From contig OZ024748.1 of assembly GCA_964016885.1 (NCBI GenBank), forward strand, positions 13,454,001 through 13,518,000: DNA of 64,000 nt, read 5' to 3'. The DNA comes from Eledone cirrhosa (taxonomy: Eukaryota). This document shows, piece by piece, positions 30,161 to 45,620 of this stretch. Each line of letters opens with the position of its first letter. Positions within the stretch are counted from its first letter, which is position 1. The notes under the pieces were generated by a model. The model was not told the DNA's origin, made no database searches, and saw nothing but the letters and a program-made list of their open reading frames with translations. Both the position numbers and the translations under genes were made by a program.

Positions 30161-31116
30161 ATCTGTCACACAAGGTTAAGTTAATGTTGATAGGTTCTGT
30201 TGTGTGAAAAGTGTTAAGCCATGTTGCACGTTAAACCTACCAACAAAGACTCAGGTGGAGATGTTAAACATTGCAGTGTGTGCAATGGCAGCTACGAAAA
30301 AGGCATGGTGGCTGTGTTAAACTATGTTGTGTCATATTTCTTGAAAAAAATATATTGTAATTATTTGTAAATCATTATTTAACTTTAATTGAATTAAGTA
30401 AAGTAGTTAATAAGTAGGGAGAAAATGTTTGTATTTGATTCTGTTTTGTATTTTATTTATTTTCACCTCACCAAGAAGATATAACAAGAAACTGGTAATT
30501 ATGTGTGTAATGGCTAACATTCCTTGGTCAGCAGTTTGTCGAATACTAAATACAGTTGAGGAGTCAATATTTACAGGAGTGGGGAGAAAAGGTGATGTTG
30601 GTTGAGGTATAGTGAACATAGAGGAGGAGATATGGCAGGGAGAATCTCTCTCAGATTGATAAGTGACTTAAGTGGGTTAAATTATGATGATAAGCTGATC
30701 AAAGCTGACTTGATAACCAAGTGTTGAGTAGATTAAAAATTAGATCTCTTTCAAATGTTTTTCAGAATCGGGAGAGAAGGCCAATTTGGATGTGGATTAA
30801 GAAATTACTTTATTTTATTTTATTTATTTATTTAATTATTTTTTGTAAACTATAGAGACTTTCAAAATGAGGAATCTATTATTAAAACTCAACTAGTTGA
30901 CATCCAGCTTCGACTTTAAGTAAACTGTAACATTCATCACACGTAGTAGGTTTGTACTTTAGTAGTAAGCTTTAAAAAAAGTAAAAAGGCTTTAGTACAC
31001 ACACATACATAGCCACACAGACCCTCTTACACACACACACAAACATATATAAATTTATATATATATATGTATATGTATATCTATCTATTTATCTATATAT
31101 ATACATATATATATTT

Positions 31117-31220
<104 letters not shown>

Positions 31221-31230
31221 GTGTGTGTGC

Positions 31231-31261
<31 letters not shown>

Positions 31262-31275
31262 GTATATTATATTAT

Positions 31276-31317
<42 letters not shown>

Positions 31318-31459
31318 TATATATATATATTGCCAAAAGTAGAAACAATTATATATATATATATATACATATAACGAAGGAGTTGTAGTAAGGAACCAGA
31401 TGGACCATAACGCCCCAGAGTACTCAATACTTAGGGCAGTAGAGTGGATCATACATGTT

Positions 31460-31505
<46 letters not shown>

Positions 31506-32633
31506 TATATACATACACGCATACACACAGACACATATATATGTATATAGTGGAAGAGAGAGGGAGACGGAAAAAGTAGAAAAGATGCCCTTAACTCCTT
31601 AAAGGTTTGACATGAAGGCCGTGCTCCAGCATGGCAGCAGTCTTATAGTTGATACCAGTAAAAGAAGAAAAAGGAAGGCAGTATCCCAAAAGCGGGAAGC
31701 GAAACCGAGATCAAGGAATTTATATCAAACAGACGACAGATTGCCTTCCGAAAGGTCGAAATGGGTTTAAGAGGGCATTGGGCAAATCTGGTGTTGATAT
31801 ATGTTGAGTGGTTCATAGTTAGGTGAACTTTGGGAGTGATATTTATTTACTCCGAAGAGAAAATCAAATATAAATTATATTCTTAACTGGATAAATGATC
31901 TATAAATATACTCAGATGTTATTGTTGTTGTTCTTGATGATGATGATGATTATGACAATGACGATTAAAATGATAGTGGCGATGGTGGAACGGATCACGA
32001 TCATAATGATCACAATGACGAGGATGATGATGATAATGATGATGTTTAAACCTGTCTCGGGGATGATTGAGCCGACCTTTGATTAAAGGTGATCCAGCTG
32101 TTACTACTGCTCGGTTCAATATCATACTAGCACCTGGTCTCTTGAGCTGTGAATTTCATTACATCTCATGTTAAACACTAAAAATTATAGAACGCATTTA
32201 CCGTCTAATATCATACTGTTTTGTGATTCGAGGGAGATGGTTTATTTATTGAGATGGTTTATTTGGTTCGTCTATCGTAGGTGCTCAAGGTATATATTAC
32301 CTATTTCAGAAATCTTAGAGATGGAATTATGAATTTGTCACTTTATTGAGTAAAATACAAAGAAAATCACACCATATTATGCAAATATTTAATGGATATG
32401 TCGAACAAAATGGCGACTCTGTGGGAAATTAAATATGTCTGCATCTTTAAAACTAACTGCAAAATCATTGAACAACTATAGATATGAAGTAAAAAAGATT
32501 CTAGCATTCATCTTTATCCATTTGTATCTACATTTTATTGTTTCTCATCTCCCCCACCCTTTCTTTTTCAGTGAATCCCTCCTCTACCTCCTCTTCATTC
32601 TCTATAAACAGGATTAAAATCATTACACACACA

Positions 32634-32744
<111 letters not shown>

Positions 32745-32792
32745 GTATTTATATTTGTATGTATGTATATATACTTAAGTATATATATAAAT

Positions 32793-32836
<44 letters not shown>

Positions 32837-32948
32837 CATATATATATATTTATATATATATATATGTGTGTGTGTATATGTATGTGTGTGTTTGTGTGTG
32901 TGTATGTATATATATATACAAATATATGTATATATATCTATATCTATC

Positions 32949-33028
<80 letters not shown>

Positions 33029-34116
33029 AATATATATATGTATACATATATATATATGTATATATCTATGTATGTATGCATGTTTATGTGTGTCTGTCTG
33101 TGGTGTGTGTATGTGTTTGTAATGAGTTTAATCCGCATAGAAAGGTTTGGCACCTAAATTCTATAGAAATAACATTTTTTTATGTGAAGATATGTAAAGA
33201 TGGATTAAGCTAATAAGGTTAATACTAACAACGTATTCTAGATGAATGGGCTGTAAAACGCTGTGAAACTTTAACACAAATATACTAATACGAATCACCA
33301 ACACAACAAAAAATATATAGAGAAAAATAAGGGAAAAAACCCAACATCACCACTAATTTCCCAACAGCTCTCTATCTATATGTGTGTAAGACGATTTTGT
33401 TTTCTTTTACAATAAGTCATCATAACTAGAACTGAAAGAAAACAGGGATCACATAGGAATAGGTATTTTTCTTAACATGTAACTTGCCGACAAAGTTATT
33501 CGTTTCATTTCATATATCTACATTAAGAAAATCAATCATGTCTCACGTTTATCCTAGACATACAGATATTTCGTAACTCCTCTGGCACATTAATCTTTCA
33601 CCCAGTTACACAAAAATAGGGTCTATATTGATGGGTGCCTAGTCCCTGAAGGGTACCTTGAATTCTGTCGTATTAGTTTGATGAACAGAACAAAATTATA
33701 TGTATGAAAATGGCAACATGGTGTCGTGTGGGCGACCTTTAGACTTTGGACACGACTCATAAGCTATTTTACAGATGTTAAGCCTCAGAATCATTAATGA
33801 TATTTCACATCTATTACATATCAAACAACACCCCACTTGCAAAAAAATATAACATTCTTCAACACCAAAAGATACTCTAATTCCCAATAGGATGTGCGGC
33901 ATTAATCGGACGGGCTAGGCCCAGCATCTCGCTTACATACGTTCCTTCATTCTACACTGTGCTGAAGAAGCACTTTATCGTGGTTCCATTACTAGGGTGG
34001 TTAACATGTCTTTAACAAATATACATATATACATATATCATATATATATATATATATATACACACACTATAAGGATAAAGGAACAAGGATTCAGTGTTAC
34101 ATGATAACATATTTAA

Positions 34117-34212
34117 CAAAATATTACATATGTTTCACTATCGATCAGTGCGAGGCAGACCTAATATAGATTCAACCTGACTCTGTGATCGAAAGATCGT
34201 CAGATATACTTG
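34117..34212 (-). ncRNA. Type I hammerhead ribozyme motif with extended helix II
   Basis: Reverse complement is caagtatat-CTGACGA-tctttcgatca...tgatcgatagt-GAAA-catatg-TA-atattttg. Confidence 0.75.
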
Positions 34213-34275
<63 letters not shown>

Positions 34276-34303
34276 CGTGTGTGTGTGTGTCTGTGTGTGA
34301 GTG

Positions 34304-34349
<46 letters not shown>

Positions 34350-34388
34350 TATTTATATGTAATATATATATACACATTTATACATATA

Positions 34389-34453
<65 letters not shown>

Positions 34454-34498
34454 ATGTGCGGGTTGGTGGTTGTGGGTGGGTGTGTGGGTATGTGTCCA

Positions 34499-34533
<35 letters not shown>

Positions 34534-34651
34534 GGACACATAACCACACACCCACTCACAACCACCCACCCGCACACACACATATATATATACATATATA
34601 TATATATAAATATATATGTATAAATGTGTATATATACATTATATATAAATA

Positions 34652-34689
<38 letters not shown>

Positions 34690-34838
34690 CACTCACACAC
34701 AGACATATATATATATATATATGCACACACACATATATATATACATATATATATATGCATATATACATCTGTATATACATATATATGTACACATATATAT
34801 ATGTATATATATATATATATATATACATATATATATAC

Positions 34839-34873
<35 letters not shown>

Positions 34874-34874
34874 G

Positions 34875-34920
<46 letters not shown>

Positions 34921-35619
34921 TTATATATACATATATATTTATATATATATATGTATGTGTGTGTATACATATGTTCATACATGTATAAGAATGCATATGT
35001 GTGTGTCTGTCTCTGTATGAGTACCTGGCTTTTCTTTGTTTCTGTACAAAAAAAAACCTAAGTGCTTAGGTAAGTTAAGAATACCAAATGGAAAATATAA
35101 TACACCGCATGTCTTATAAATCTTATAATTCAGTGAATGTATGAATGAATCTGATGACGTGTGCGCTTGTGTATGTGACAGTGTGTAGGTGTATGCATAT
35201 ATGTGAATGTGTGTGTGTACGTTTGTTTATGTATTACAATTTACAAAGCAGCTAGTGTATTAAAGTTCAATTTAAGTACTTTGGCTGGTATTCCAAAGTG
35301 AAATTGAAACCGACGAGAAAACTACGACTCAAACAAACACAACAACAACAGTAACAAAAACAGCATGTACTACAACTACAACAATTACAGCAATCACAAC
35401 AGCAACGTCAACAATACCAACAAATATTTGCACCCGAAATATAGACACTACTAATAATAGAATGGCAAGACACGAGCTACAAACAGCAATTAAGAAGGAG
35501 CTACTGAGTACCAACAAGAGTCAAGATCCTCCACTATGTGGAATTGATCTCCAGCAAACATAACATCAAGAAAATAAGGATAAAATACGTCAATAATTAT
35601 ATAAATATGTATATATATA

Positions 35620-35813
35620 TATAGAAACAAGTATGATCCCGACGGCAGAGCTCAAGCCGTTTCGACGGCTAATTCTGGACAGAATTAGCCGTCGAAACGG
35701 CTTGAACTCTGCCGTCGGGTTTATACTTGTTCCTATTACCCACTCTACTAACCTAAGTATTGAGTACTTTGGTGCGTTATGGTCCATCTGGTTCCTTAAC
35801 ACATTTCCTTCGT

Positions 35814-35816
<3 letters not shown>
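35620..35816 (+). mobile_element. Element family of about 200 bp with a terminal hairpin, copy 3
   Basis: Same layout as 26570-26757. Confidence 0.85.
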
Positions 35817-35849
<33 letters not shown>

Positions 35850-35861
35850 ATATATATATAA

Positions 35862-35907
<46 letters not shown>

Positions 35908-36186
35908 ATTTATATATGTGTATATATATATGTATGTATATATATATATTTATATATATATATATATATACATACATATATATATATACACACATAAACA
36001 CACACAGAGAAGAATGTGGAGTGTGGGAAAAAAAAGACGGAGAGTGGAAGATTGAAATATAATACAAAGGAAGGAGAAAGAAGAAACAAACAAACAAAAA
36101 GTGCAGCTATTGGAAATGACTCCATTACACCAGATTTCATTGCATACTAATGTGTATTGTTCTGAATCGAAACGTATATTTCACTG

Positions 36187-36281
<95 letters not shown>

Positions 36282-36536
36282 ATTCACTTCACACAGACAC
36301 ACACAAATAATATAATATAATATATATATACACACATATATATGTTTATACTCGGAACAAAATTAATATCTCAGCTTCCAAGGCCAAAATTTGACCGTCC
36401 CTCCATAATACAAGAGGCATCTAAGTTATGACCTTTCTTCAGGCGCAGATATTGTTACACATACATATAAATATATACATATGTAGATCTCCAGGTAAAA
36501 CCGGGAGGTAAACACAATTAAACAATTAAAGAAGCT

Positions 36537-36983
36537 TGGGATGCCACTTGCACCGACAATTTCTGCAGCCGCAACCTGGTGCAGTCTGCGACTGACCCAG
36601 GATCTGCTGCACGTCGGGCTGAGGGGACCAAACTCCTCAAATACCGGTCGCCCTCCGACAGGTTTGCGGTCGTTCCCCTGGCAGTGGAGACTTCTGGTGT
36701 CCTCGGCCCCAGGGCTACCTCCTTACTCACCAACATAGGCGCTGAGCTGGCCAGCCGCAGGTGTGAGCCCCGCAAGTTTGAGTTGCTTTTCCAGCGCGTC
36801 TCCCTTGCCGTCCTTCGGGGAAACGCCTTCTCCATTCTGTCCGCCGGGGCTGTGGGTGAGCCCCATCGCGTACCAATACATTAGTTAAATACCATTCTTT
36901 CATCTGATACAATACAATAAAGACTAAAGTATTTGAAAAAGTAAATAAATAAAAAATTGTTGTTGAAGTAAAAAAAAAAAAAA
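36537..36983 (+). mobile_element. 5'-truncated CRE-clade non-LTR retrotransposon 3' end (restriction-like endonuclease C-terminal region, 3' UTR, poly(A))
   Basis: GC-rich island translating WDATCTD...GSAARRAEGTKLLKY...VPLAVETSGVLG...LFQRVSLAVLRGNA, which matches the WDxT, AExxKxxKY, PxAVETxG and QRxSxAxxRGNA pattern of CRE elements. Stop at 36884, AATAAA motifs, then an A-run at 36970-36983. Confidence 0.8.
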
Positions 36984-37367
36984 ATTATATCCCCTACATA
37001 TGATAGTGATATTTTTGATATTTCATTAAAGAAGTTACTGTCTTTCTTTCTCTCCCTCTCTCTCTTTATACACACACACACATATATATATTTATATAAT
37101 AATAATACTATTTATAGTTATGTATATACTATAAACAACTATAAACGGGAAAGGTCAGTAATTTCCTACTACCTTATTACCAGTAAGAGAAATAGCTCAA
37201 TGTAAGAACATCAGTTGTTTTACAGAGCAGGAAAATAAATAAATAAATTAGACAATTATCAAAGTTGTGTTCAAATCATTTAATAGCTGACAATCGGAAG
37301 CTTAGTAAAATCGAAGCTTTGGCTGCGGCCTATATATATATATATATATATAGTTAGGTTAATAGGA

Positions 37368-37412
37368 GCTCTGACGAATCCTACGGTTACGTAAGGAAGA
37401 AACATTGTAAGC
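37368..37412 (+). ncRNA. Minimal type I hammerhead ribozyme motif
   Basis: gct-CTGACGA-atcctacg(gtta)cgtaaggaa-GAAA-cattg-TA-agc, with AATAAA at 37414. It sits in an island of about 110 nt between two (TA)n tracts. Confidence 0.7.
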
Positions 37413-37614
37413 CAATAAAAATCTTTTGGTGTTGTAGACGCTCTTGTGTTCTTTTTCATATATATATATATATATATATATGTAAAGTTATATTTAAAAT
37501 TGTTGGGTTACAACTAGTAAATATTTATAACTGATATAAAAGCACTCGACAAATATTTGGAGTATATTTACAATATTAAATAAATGGAAAACTATATTTA
37601 TAAAACCATATTTA

Positions 37615-37676
37615 TTTCATTATATATATTTCGGGGATATCATATTAACAATATGCTATGCCTTCATCAGACAAAA
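37615..37676 (-). ncRNA. Minimal type I hammerhead ribozyme motif (same family as 12381)
   Basis: Reverse complement is ttttgt-CTGATGA-aggcatagcatatt...aatatgatatcccc-GAAA-tatata-TA-atgaaa. Flanking sequence is homologous to 12360-12530. Confidence 0.75.
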
Positions 37677-37921
37677 TACAATATAAACAGTTTTATAGAT
37701 AAATATATTCGACATACCGTAATAAACATCGACTTCATTTGAAGAGGTTTACGCTAGCAGTGAAAATACAGAGAGAAAGAAAGAGAGAAAAAAAAAGGGA
37801 GAAAAAAGAAAGAAAGACAAAACGAAGAAAAGGAAGAAAAAGAAGAAAGAGAAAAAGAAGAAATGCATGGAACAAAATAGAGAGATGGAAAAATAGATAA
37901 AGCGAAGAGCTTCATGTAAAG

Positions 37922-37975
<54 letters not shown>

Positions 37976-38054
37976 TTCCTGCTATATCAAGCGTTAACCT
38001 AATATATACCTTCCATATGCTGTACCGATTGTGTTGTTATTTCTGTTTACCTTT

Positions 38055-38097
<43 letters not shown>

Positions 38098-39219
38098 GTG
38101 TAAATCAAATGACAAAAGTTATTATTATAATTTCTTTATTGGCCACAAGGGCCTACATCTAGGGGACAATACAATAAATAATAAGGATATTAGTAATACA
38201 ATTCGAATAAAAGAAATATTCTTCCGACGAAGAAATATTTCTAAAAATAAAATATGGAAGATGAAATGTAACTAAAATTTAAAATAATATTAAATAAAAT
38301 AAAAAAACTGAAAATAACTCTGTCCTTCACAGATTCACCCCATCCATCACTACCTTCACCACTCGCAATCATAATGAAAAAAATCAACAATAAAAATAAA
38401 AACAAATATTTAACCAAACGGGAAAATGATGAGACATTGAAACACCATATGTAGCTGTATAAAACATGTTTAGTTTGTTGTACGACATAACTGCTGCTAA
38501 ATAGGAATTCTGTGTTGATCATAATAATAATGACAATAAACATATGAACAAACAAGATTTAGAGTAAAGATAGAGAAAGGTAGAGAAGGATAGAGAAAGA
38601 TAGAGAAAGATAGAGAGGGATAGAAAAAGATAGAGGAACATAGAGATAAAGAGAGATAGATAGAGAGTGATAGAGAAAGATAGAGAGATTTAGAGAAAGA
38701 TGGTGAGCGATAGAGAAAGATAAAGACAGAGAGAGATAGAGAAAGATAACGAAAGATCGAGAAAGAAATTGAACGTAAGAGAGAAAGAGAGAAAGTGTGT
38801 GTGAAAGAGAGAGAAATTAGTCGTGCTGTTAATAGTGATGGTGTCGATGTCGTTGGACGTATTTCTTGGTAATGGTGGCAGTTATGGTGGAGACATTCAT
38901 TCATTTTATAATTACTGTAATGATAATGCTATTAATGAGAGAGAAAATTAAAATAAACGCACAGCTTCTAATCGATTAATTTGTCGTTGTTTTTCAAAAT
39001 GAAATTAATTATAAAGAACGAAATTTTGCTAATTCTTTCCTCTCCTCCCTTTTCCCTCTTTCTCATCGTTTTCATCTTTTCATCTGTTTTCGTTCATCTT
39101 TTCTCGTTTTGTTTCTTTACCCATTGTCGTTCGTTTTCTCTTCATTTTTTACTTTTACGTTTATTATTATTATTTTTTTTTAAATCTGTTCCTTTTCAAT
39201 TCATATTCTACCTTTAAAT

Positions 39220-39448
39220 CTTCTTCTTCTTCTTCTTCTTCTTCTTCTTCTTCTTCTTCTTCTTCTTCTTCTTCTTCTTCTTCTTCTTCTTCTTCTTCTT
39301 CTTCTTCTTCTTCTTCTTCTTCTTCTTCTTCTTCTTCTTCTTCTTCTTCTTCTTCTTCTTCTTCTTCTTCTTCTTCTTCTTCAACGATAACAATAATGAT
39401 AACGAACACGACAATGATGATGATGATGCTTATGATGATGATTGTGAC

Positions 39449-39491
<43 letters not shown>

Positions 39492-39516
39492 TTAATAATA
39501 TTTTATTAATATTAGT
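39220..39516. repeat. Compound (CTT)n-(GAT)n-(AAT)n block, duplicated at 52725-52922
   Basis: The linker sequences between the simple repeats are shared by both sites. Confidence 0.9.
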
Positions 39517-39620
39517 TACAGAATTTCTCCATGCCATTCCCCTCAAGATATTTTAAGAAACACCACAGTTTTCCTCTTTCCTCACGAACGTCATATCTAT
39601 GTCATATATATATACATACA

Positions 39621-39692
<72 letters not shown>

Positions 39693-40113
39693 TGTTACTA
39701 ATTTCTCCGTGGACAGAACAAAACTCTCAAGCTTTTACAAGGGAAGACATTTTTAGATAACGCCATCTACCATAGCATATTTTATACTGTTCAATCATTG
39801 AATGTTTATCAAATTATATATTTTACATGACAGATGATATGTATATATAATCATCTGTCATATATAAATATATATATATATATAATGTTTGTGTATGTGT
39901 GTATGAATCTATTACATATATATATATATATAAATATATATATACACCCACTTCTCAGTTAAGCCTATACACACACATATACATACATATATGTATATAT
40001 ATATATATATATATTATATATGTGTGTGTGTGTATACATACATATACATATATACATATATATATACATATATAAATATATAAATATATATATATATATA
40101 TGTATACATACAT

Positions 40114-40160
<47 letters not shown>

Positions 40161-40189
40161 CATACACATACATACATATATATATATAT

Positions 40190-40220
<31 letters not shown>

Positions 40221-40455
40221 GATATATACATACATACACATACATACGTATATATGTGTGTATACCCAGTTAATTTAATTATGTCCCCATTCTGGTTATT
40301 ATAGTCCTTAACAGTTAATATACATTTAGAATATTCCAGTAATAAACCTGACTTCATTATGTTATTACCTAGTATTGTTACCTATATAAGAGAGTTGTAG
40401 TTAACGACACACAGACACGTGTATACATACACACACACCCGTATATATATATATT

Positions 40456-40487
<32 letters not shown>

Positions 40488-40539
40488 GTGTTATATATAT
40501 ATATATATACTGTGTTATATATATATATATACACAGTGT

Positions 40540-40573
<34 letters not shown>

Positions 40574-40592
40574 CACAGTGTTATATATATAT

Positions 40593-40624
<32 letters not shown>

Positions 40625-40714
40625 GTATGCATATACATATATATGTATCTACATATATATACATATATATGTGTGTATATATATAGTATAAAGAAACGAA
40701 ATATCAGTGATGCA

Positions 40715-40771
<57 letters not shown>

Positions 40772-40835
40772 ACATGCTTATATACAAGTATACGTATTCA
40801 TATATACACACATACCTATCTACATACATACACAC

Positions 40836-40867
<32 letters not shown>

Positions 40868-41039
40868 TCATATATATATATATATATATATATATACGCA
40901 CACATACAGGAGAAATATAAAATATATTAGGAAAAAAGAAGAAAAATATAAAACGTCTGTATAATTCCTAATTGCAATATGGCGCCTTGATTCCAGTTTT
41001 CACCACATTCAGGGACAGTCGTCGTTTTATACCTAATGT

Positions 41040-41217
41040 AGGACAATAACAACTACTGTAACAACGACAATACATACCACTACAATAACACCAACAACAG
41101 TAACAACAACAAATACAACTACAACGCTAGCAACATCAACAACAGCTTCTACTGCAACACCAACAAGAATAATTTCAAAAGCGAACAAGACTAAAAGTTA
41201 AACTATAATTTCAGATG

Positions 41218-41276
<59 letters not shown>

Positions 41277-41304
41277 GCTACTACTACTACTATTACTGCT
41301 GCTG

Positions 41305-41391
<87 letters not shown>

Positions 41392-41520
41392 ATATGAATA
41401 ATACTAATAGTAACAATAATTATGATGATAATGATGATGATAATGCCAGTGATGGTGGTGATGATGATGATGATGATGATGATGATAATGATGTAGATGA
41501 TGACGATGATGATGATGGTA
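41040..41520. repeat. (AAC)n/(CTA)n/(GAT)n compound microsatellite
   Basis: Read directly from the sequence. Confidence 0.9.
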
Positions 41521-41622
41521 TATGTATAACAATATAGCAGTAACAAGAGCCATAACTGACCAAATCTATGTGAACGCCGGGTTTACAGAAGGCCAAATGT
41601 TGCGCATGTATGTATATATATA

Positions 41623-41742
<120 letters not shown>

Positions 41743-42006
41743 AATGTGTCTTCTTTTATACATGTGTTCATTTATACATTTGTGTATCTTTAGGTGTGAG
41801 TCTGTATATATGTGAACGCATGTTATTTCATGCAGGTTTTGTTTTCATTTGTGTACGCATAAGTGTATGTGTGTATGTGTGCATGCGTTTATGTGTAGTT
41901 GTATGAATGTGGGTATGTCTATACGTGTGTTGTAATAATCTTCTACGTTGCTTAACAATTCAAGTCATTGAAATAATGAGTATAAATGAATGAATGGTGT
42001 AAGGTG

Positions 42007-42172
<166 letters not shown>

Positions 42173-42179
42173 CTATTTA

Positions 42180-42240
<61 letters not shown>

Positions 42241-42530
42241 GATGTGTGGAATAATTACAGCAGTTTTGGCCGGAGATCAAAGCCACTGTCCAATTATCTC
42301 CATATTAACAGATTCTCCAAGATTGATGCCTTAATAATACTCTATAGAATTCTCACCAATAATCTGGCATCAGATGGCATTATCATCGCTTTCTGAAGAA
42401 TCTAGCGTTATCTTTCCTGGATAACACTAACTGTCGAACGTCCAGTATGAGGTAAAGAGATGACATACATACCTATACTATAGGTATGGGGTTGGAAGAG
42501 GCAGTGACGTTGTTATTATTATTATTATTA

Positions 42531-42812
42531 GAGGGTCGAACGCCATGCTTTCCAGCATAGTTACGTCCCTTTACGATCTGAGTTCAAATCCCGCCGAGGT
42601 TAACTTAGCCTTTCATCCTTACAGGGTCGATAAAATAAAGTACCAGTAATACACTGGGTATTTGCTGGCCTTGTGCCTAAAGTAGAAACAATTATTATTA
42701 TTATTGTTAACTTTGCCTTTCATCCTTCCGGAGTCGATAGAATAAAGCACCAGTAATGCATTGGGTAATTGCTGGCCTTGTGCCAAAAGTAGAAACAATT
42801 ATTATTATTATT
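42531..42812 (+). mobile_element. Two tandem 5'-truncated SINE family A copies
   Basis: The central domain and 3' tail occur twice, each ending in (TTA)n. Confidence 0.85.
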
Positions 42813-42824
42813 AGTAGTAGTAGC

Positions 42825-42873
<49 letters not shown>

Positions 42874-42985
42874 TATTTGAAGGGGATGGAGCAGGGGATG
42901 TTGTTGGCGTATACGTATATATATATATATATATAGATATAGATAGGTAAATATACACGGGTGTGTATGATTGTGTATAGAAGAT

Positions 42986-43359
42986 TATATTAATAAGAGG
43001 AATTCCAACTTTGTCTGATTTACTCGTTTTATTTACAATCCTTTAAAGTATATAATGGTATTATAATGAAATAGTATGATAGAATATTAAATTCTAAGTG
43101 TTAATTGAACAAGTACTTTCATGCTTTCGCAATCTTCAGGTTCATAATATGTGGTGACAGTCGAGTTTGCAAGTTGAAAATTGCAAACTCGACTGTCACC
43201 ACATATTATGAACCTGAAGATTGCGAAAGCATGAAAGTACCTGTTCAATTAACACTTAGAATTTAATATTCTATCATACTATTTCATTATAATACCATTA
43301 TATACTTTAAAGGATTGTAAATAAAACGAGTAAATCAGAGAAAGTTGGAATTCCTCTTA

Positions 43360-43366
<7 letters not shown>
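42986..43366. mobile_element. Penelope-like fold-back element, a near-perfect palindrome of about 380 bp
   Basis: Arms of about 187 bp around an 8-nt loop gttgaaaa (43173-43180). A hammerhead motif lies in each arm and (TA)n follows on the right. Confidence 0.85.
43106..43144 (-). ncRNA. Minimal type I hammerhead ribozyme motif
   Basis: Reverse complement is tgaac-CTGAAGA-t-tgc(gaaa)gca-t-GAAA-gtac-TT-gttca. The mirror copy at 43209-43247 has U16.1 changed to C. Confidence 0.8.
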
Positions 43367-43396
<30 letters not shown>

Positions 43397-43418
43397 TTAA
43401 TACAATAGCTCAACCACC

Positions 43419-43534
<116 letters not shown>

Positions 43535-43788
43535 TAAAACAGATTTGGATTTTAGTTTTCAAATTTATTATTATTACTATATATATATATATATATATAG
43601 TTAAACGGTGTTATAGGAAAGATTTTCATTATATCTTATTTGTATTAAGAGTTCAAATCTTGATACTTGAGCAACACATAATCTGGTTTAAGACATTATC
43701 TGGTTTAACATTTAGTTTAATATAACATATACATATTAGAAATTAACGAAAATACCGCCTACAATATGATCATTATGTATGCCAACAC

Positions 43789-44362
43789 TAATAATCGTTT
43801 TTGATTTAGCCAAAAGGCCAATAATTTGGGGGTTAATGGAAAATTACATTAAATCGAGCTCAGGATGTTACTGGTAATTTATTTTATCGACCCTGTTAGG
43901 GGCAAAGCTAAATTTGACCTCGGCGTGGTTTGAACTTAAAACATGACGGGACGAAATGAAATATCACAAAACATGTTAATAATAAAATAATAATTAACCG
44001 ACTTTCCCCTCCCCAAAATTGATTCTGATATAGGCATAAGGTCAACAATTTTTAGGGATGGGAATGTCAAATAAATAGTACTCAGTGCATTACTGGTACT
44101 TCATTTTATCGACCACGTAAGGATGAAAGGCAAAGTTAACCTCGGTGGGAAATGATTTCAGAATGTCGACAACAATAATTGTTTTTACATTTGGCACAAG
44201 ACCAGCAATCACCACAGTGTGTTACTGGTACTTTATTTTATCGACCCCGTAAGGATGAAAGGCAAAGTTAACCTCGGTAGGAATTGAACTAAGATCATAA
44301 AGGGCCGTAACTCTATGCTGCAAAGCATGGCGTCCGACCCTCTACCGATACTACCAATCCAC
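43789..44362 (-). mobile_element. Three tandem SINE family A copies
   Basis: Reverse-complement central domains at about 43870, 44095 and 44228. Confidence 0.8.
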
Positions 44363-44508
44363 AACAACAACAATATGATCTGAACACACCCAGAACAAAT
44401 ACAACTAAAGCAGGCATCAATACAACAATAGTAACAACAACAATAAACAGAAGAGGTACAATAGAAATAATCCACTATATGATAATATAGGTTTATCTTT
44501 CATATAAG

Positions 44509-44625
44509 GTATATCAAATCTGGTTAAATGGAACCCATCTCATAGACGGAATGGCGCCCTGAAAGACATGGCAACGACTAATGATATTTGTGTTATAGTT
44601 GCTGCACTGGACGATACAATTGGAG
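44509..44625 (+). CDS. Candidate upstream exon of the homeobox gene (phase 1 to phase 1)
   Basis: Acceptor-like site tttatctttcatataAG, then a 117-nt open frame [38 protein letters not shown]. The donor G|GTGTAT is weak but phase-compatible with the 48602 exon. No recognisable protein motif. Confidence 0.2.
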
Positions 44626-44659
44626 GTGTATGTATATACATATGCATATATATATAAAT

Positions 44660-44692
<33 letters not shown>

Positions 44693-44693
44693 A

Positions 44694-44787
<94 letters not shown>

Positions 44788-44791
<4 letters not shown>

Positions 44792-44911
44792 ATTGTTTCT
44801 ACTTTAGGCACAAGGCCAGCAATTACCCAGTGCATTACTGGTACTTTATTTTATCGACCCCGTAAGGATGAAAGACAAAGTCAACCTCGGCGGGATTTGA
44901 ACTCAGATCGT
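44788..44911 (-). mobile_element. SINE family A, 5'-truncated
   Basis: aattgtttctactttaggcacaaggcc...cggcgggatttgaactcag. Confidence 0.85.
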
Positions 44912-44933
44912 AAATATATATATATATATATAT

Positions 44934-45270
44934 AAAATAATTAAGTCAAATATGTAAAATTTGGCTTCGTTTATTATAAATTATAGATATACTACTATAT
45001 ATATTTCGGTGAGTGACAGCCATCATTGGCTGTGACCTCTTCAGGCAGTCAGAATTGGTGTGGTAGAGACAGGTACACATGTTGTTGAAGTGTGTTTTAC
45101 TCCGTCAATACTCTGATATGTCCAGCTCCTGGTTGCGTTGTTATTTCTCTGATGAGCTGGACATATCGGAGTATTGACGGAGTAAAACACACTTCAACAA
45201 CATGTGTACCTGTCTCTAACATACCAATTCTGACTGCCGGAAGAGGTCACAGCCAATGACGGCTGTCACC

Positions 45271-45272
<2 letters not shown>
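44934..45272 (-). mobile_element. Penelope-like fold-back element, same family as 10262-10811
   Basis: Homologous to 10370-10575. About 45013-45128 is inverted at about 45154-45270, with (TA)n on both sides. Confidence 0.82.
44991..45049 (-). ncRNA. Minimal type I hammerhead ribozyme motif (same family as 10706)
   Basis: Reverse complement is actgc-CTGAAGA-ggtcacagccaatgatggctgtcactcacc-GAAA-tatata-TA-gtagt. Confidence 0.8.
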
Positions 45273-45326
<54 letters not shown>

Positions 45327-45532
45327 TAATTTAATATATCAACTAACATAAGCGCACAGATGCACGCCCATGCCAGCAAATACACAGGTTATGTCATAGT
45401 ACCTAGGTGGTTCAATGCAGGAGAATGCAGAACAATAATATAAAGGACGTAAAATAAGAAAATATTTTTTTTTTTAAATTTTAAAAAAATTTTTTACTTA
45501 CTTATATATATATTTATACCCCCACCCCCCCA

Positions 45533-45620
<88 letters not shown>

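Noticed and set aside
33955-34010. CTGAAGA followed by a short stem (similar cases at 1281, 42393, 53425 and 54116)
   Set aside because: There is no correctly placed GAAA, UH triplet or helix I.
36378-36447. Minus-strand CTGAAGA-aaggtca...tggcctt-GGAA hammerhead-like motif
   Set aside because: The GAAA box, cleavage triplet and helix I are not intact. At best it is a decayed copy, so it was not counted.
42241-42452. Unique island considered as the upstream homeobox exon
   Set aside because: All three + strand frames hit stop codons before the candidate donor.
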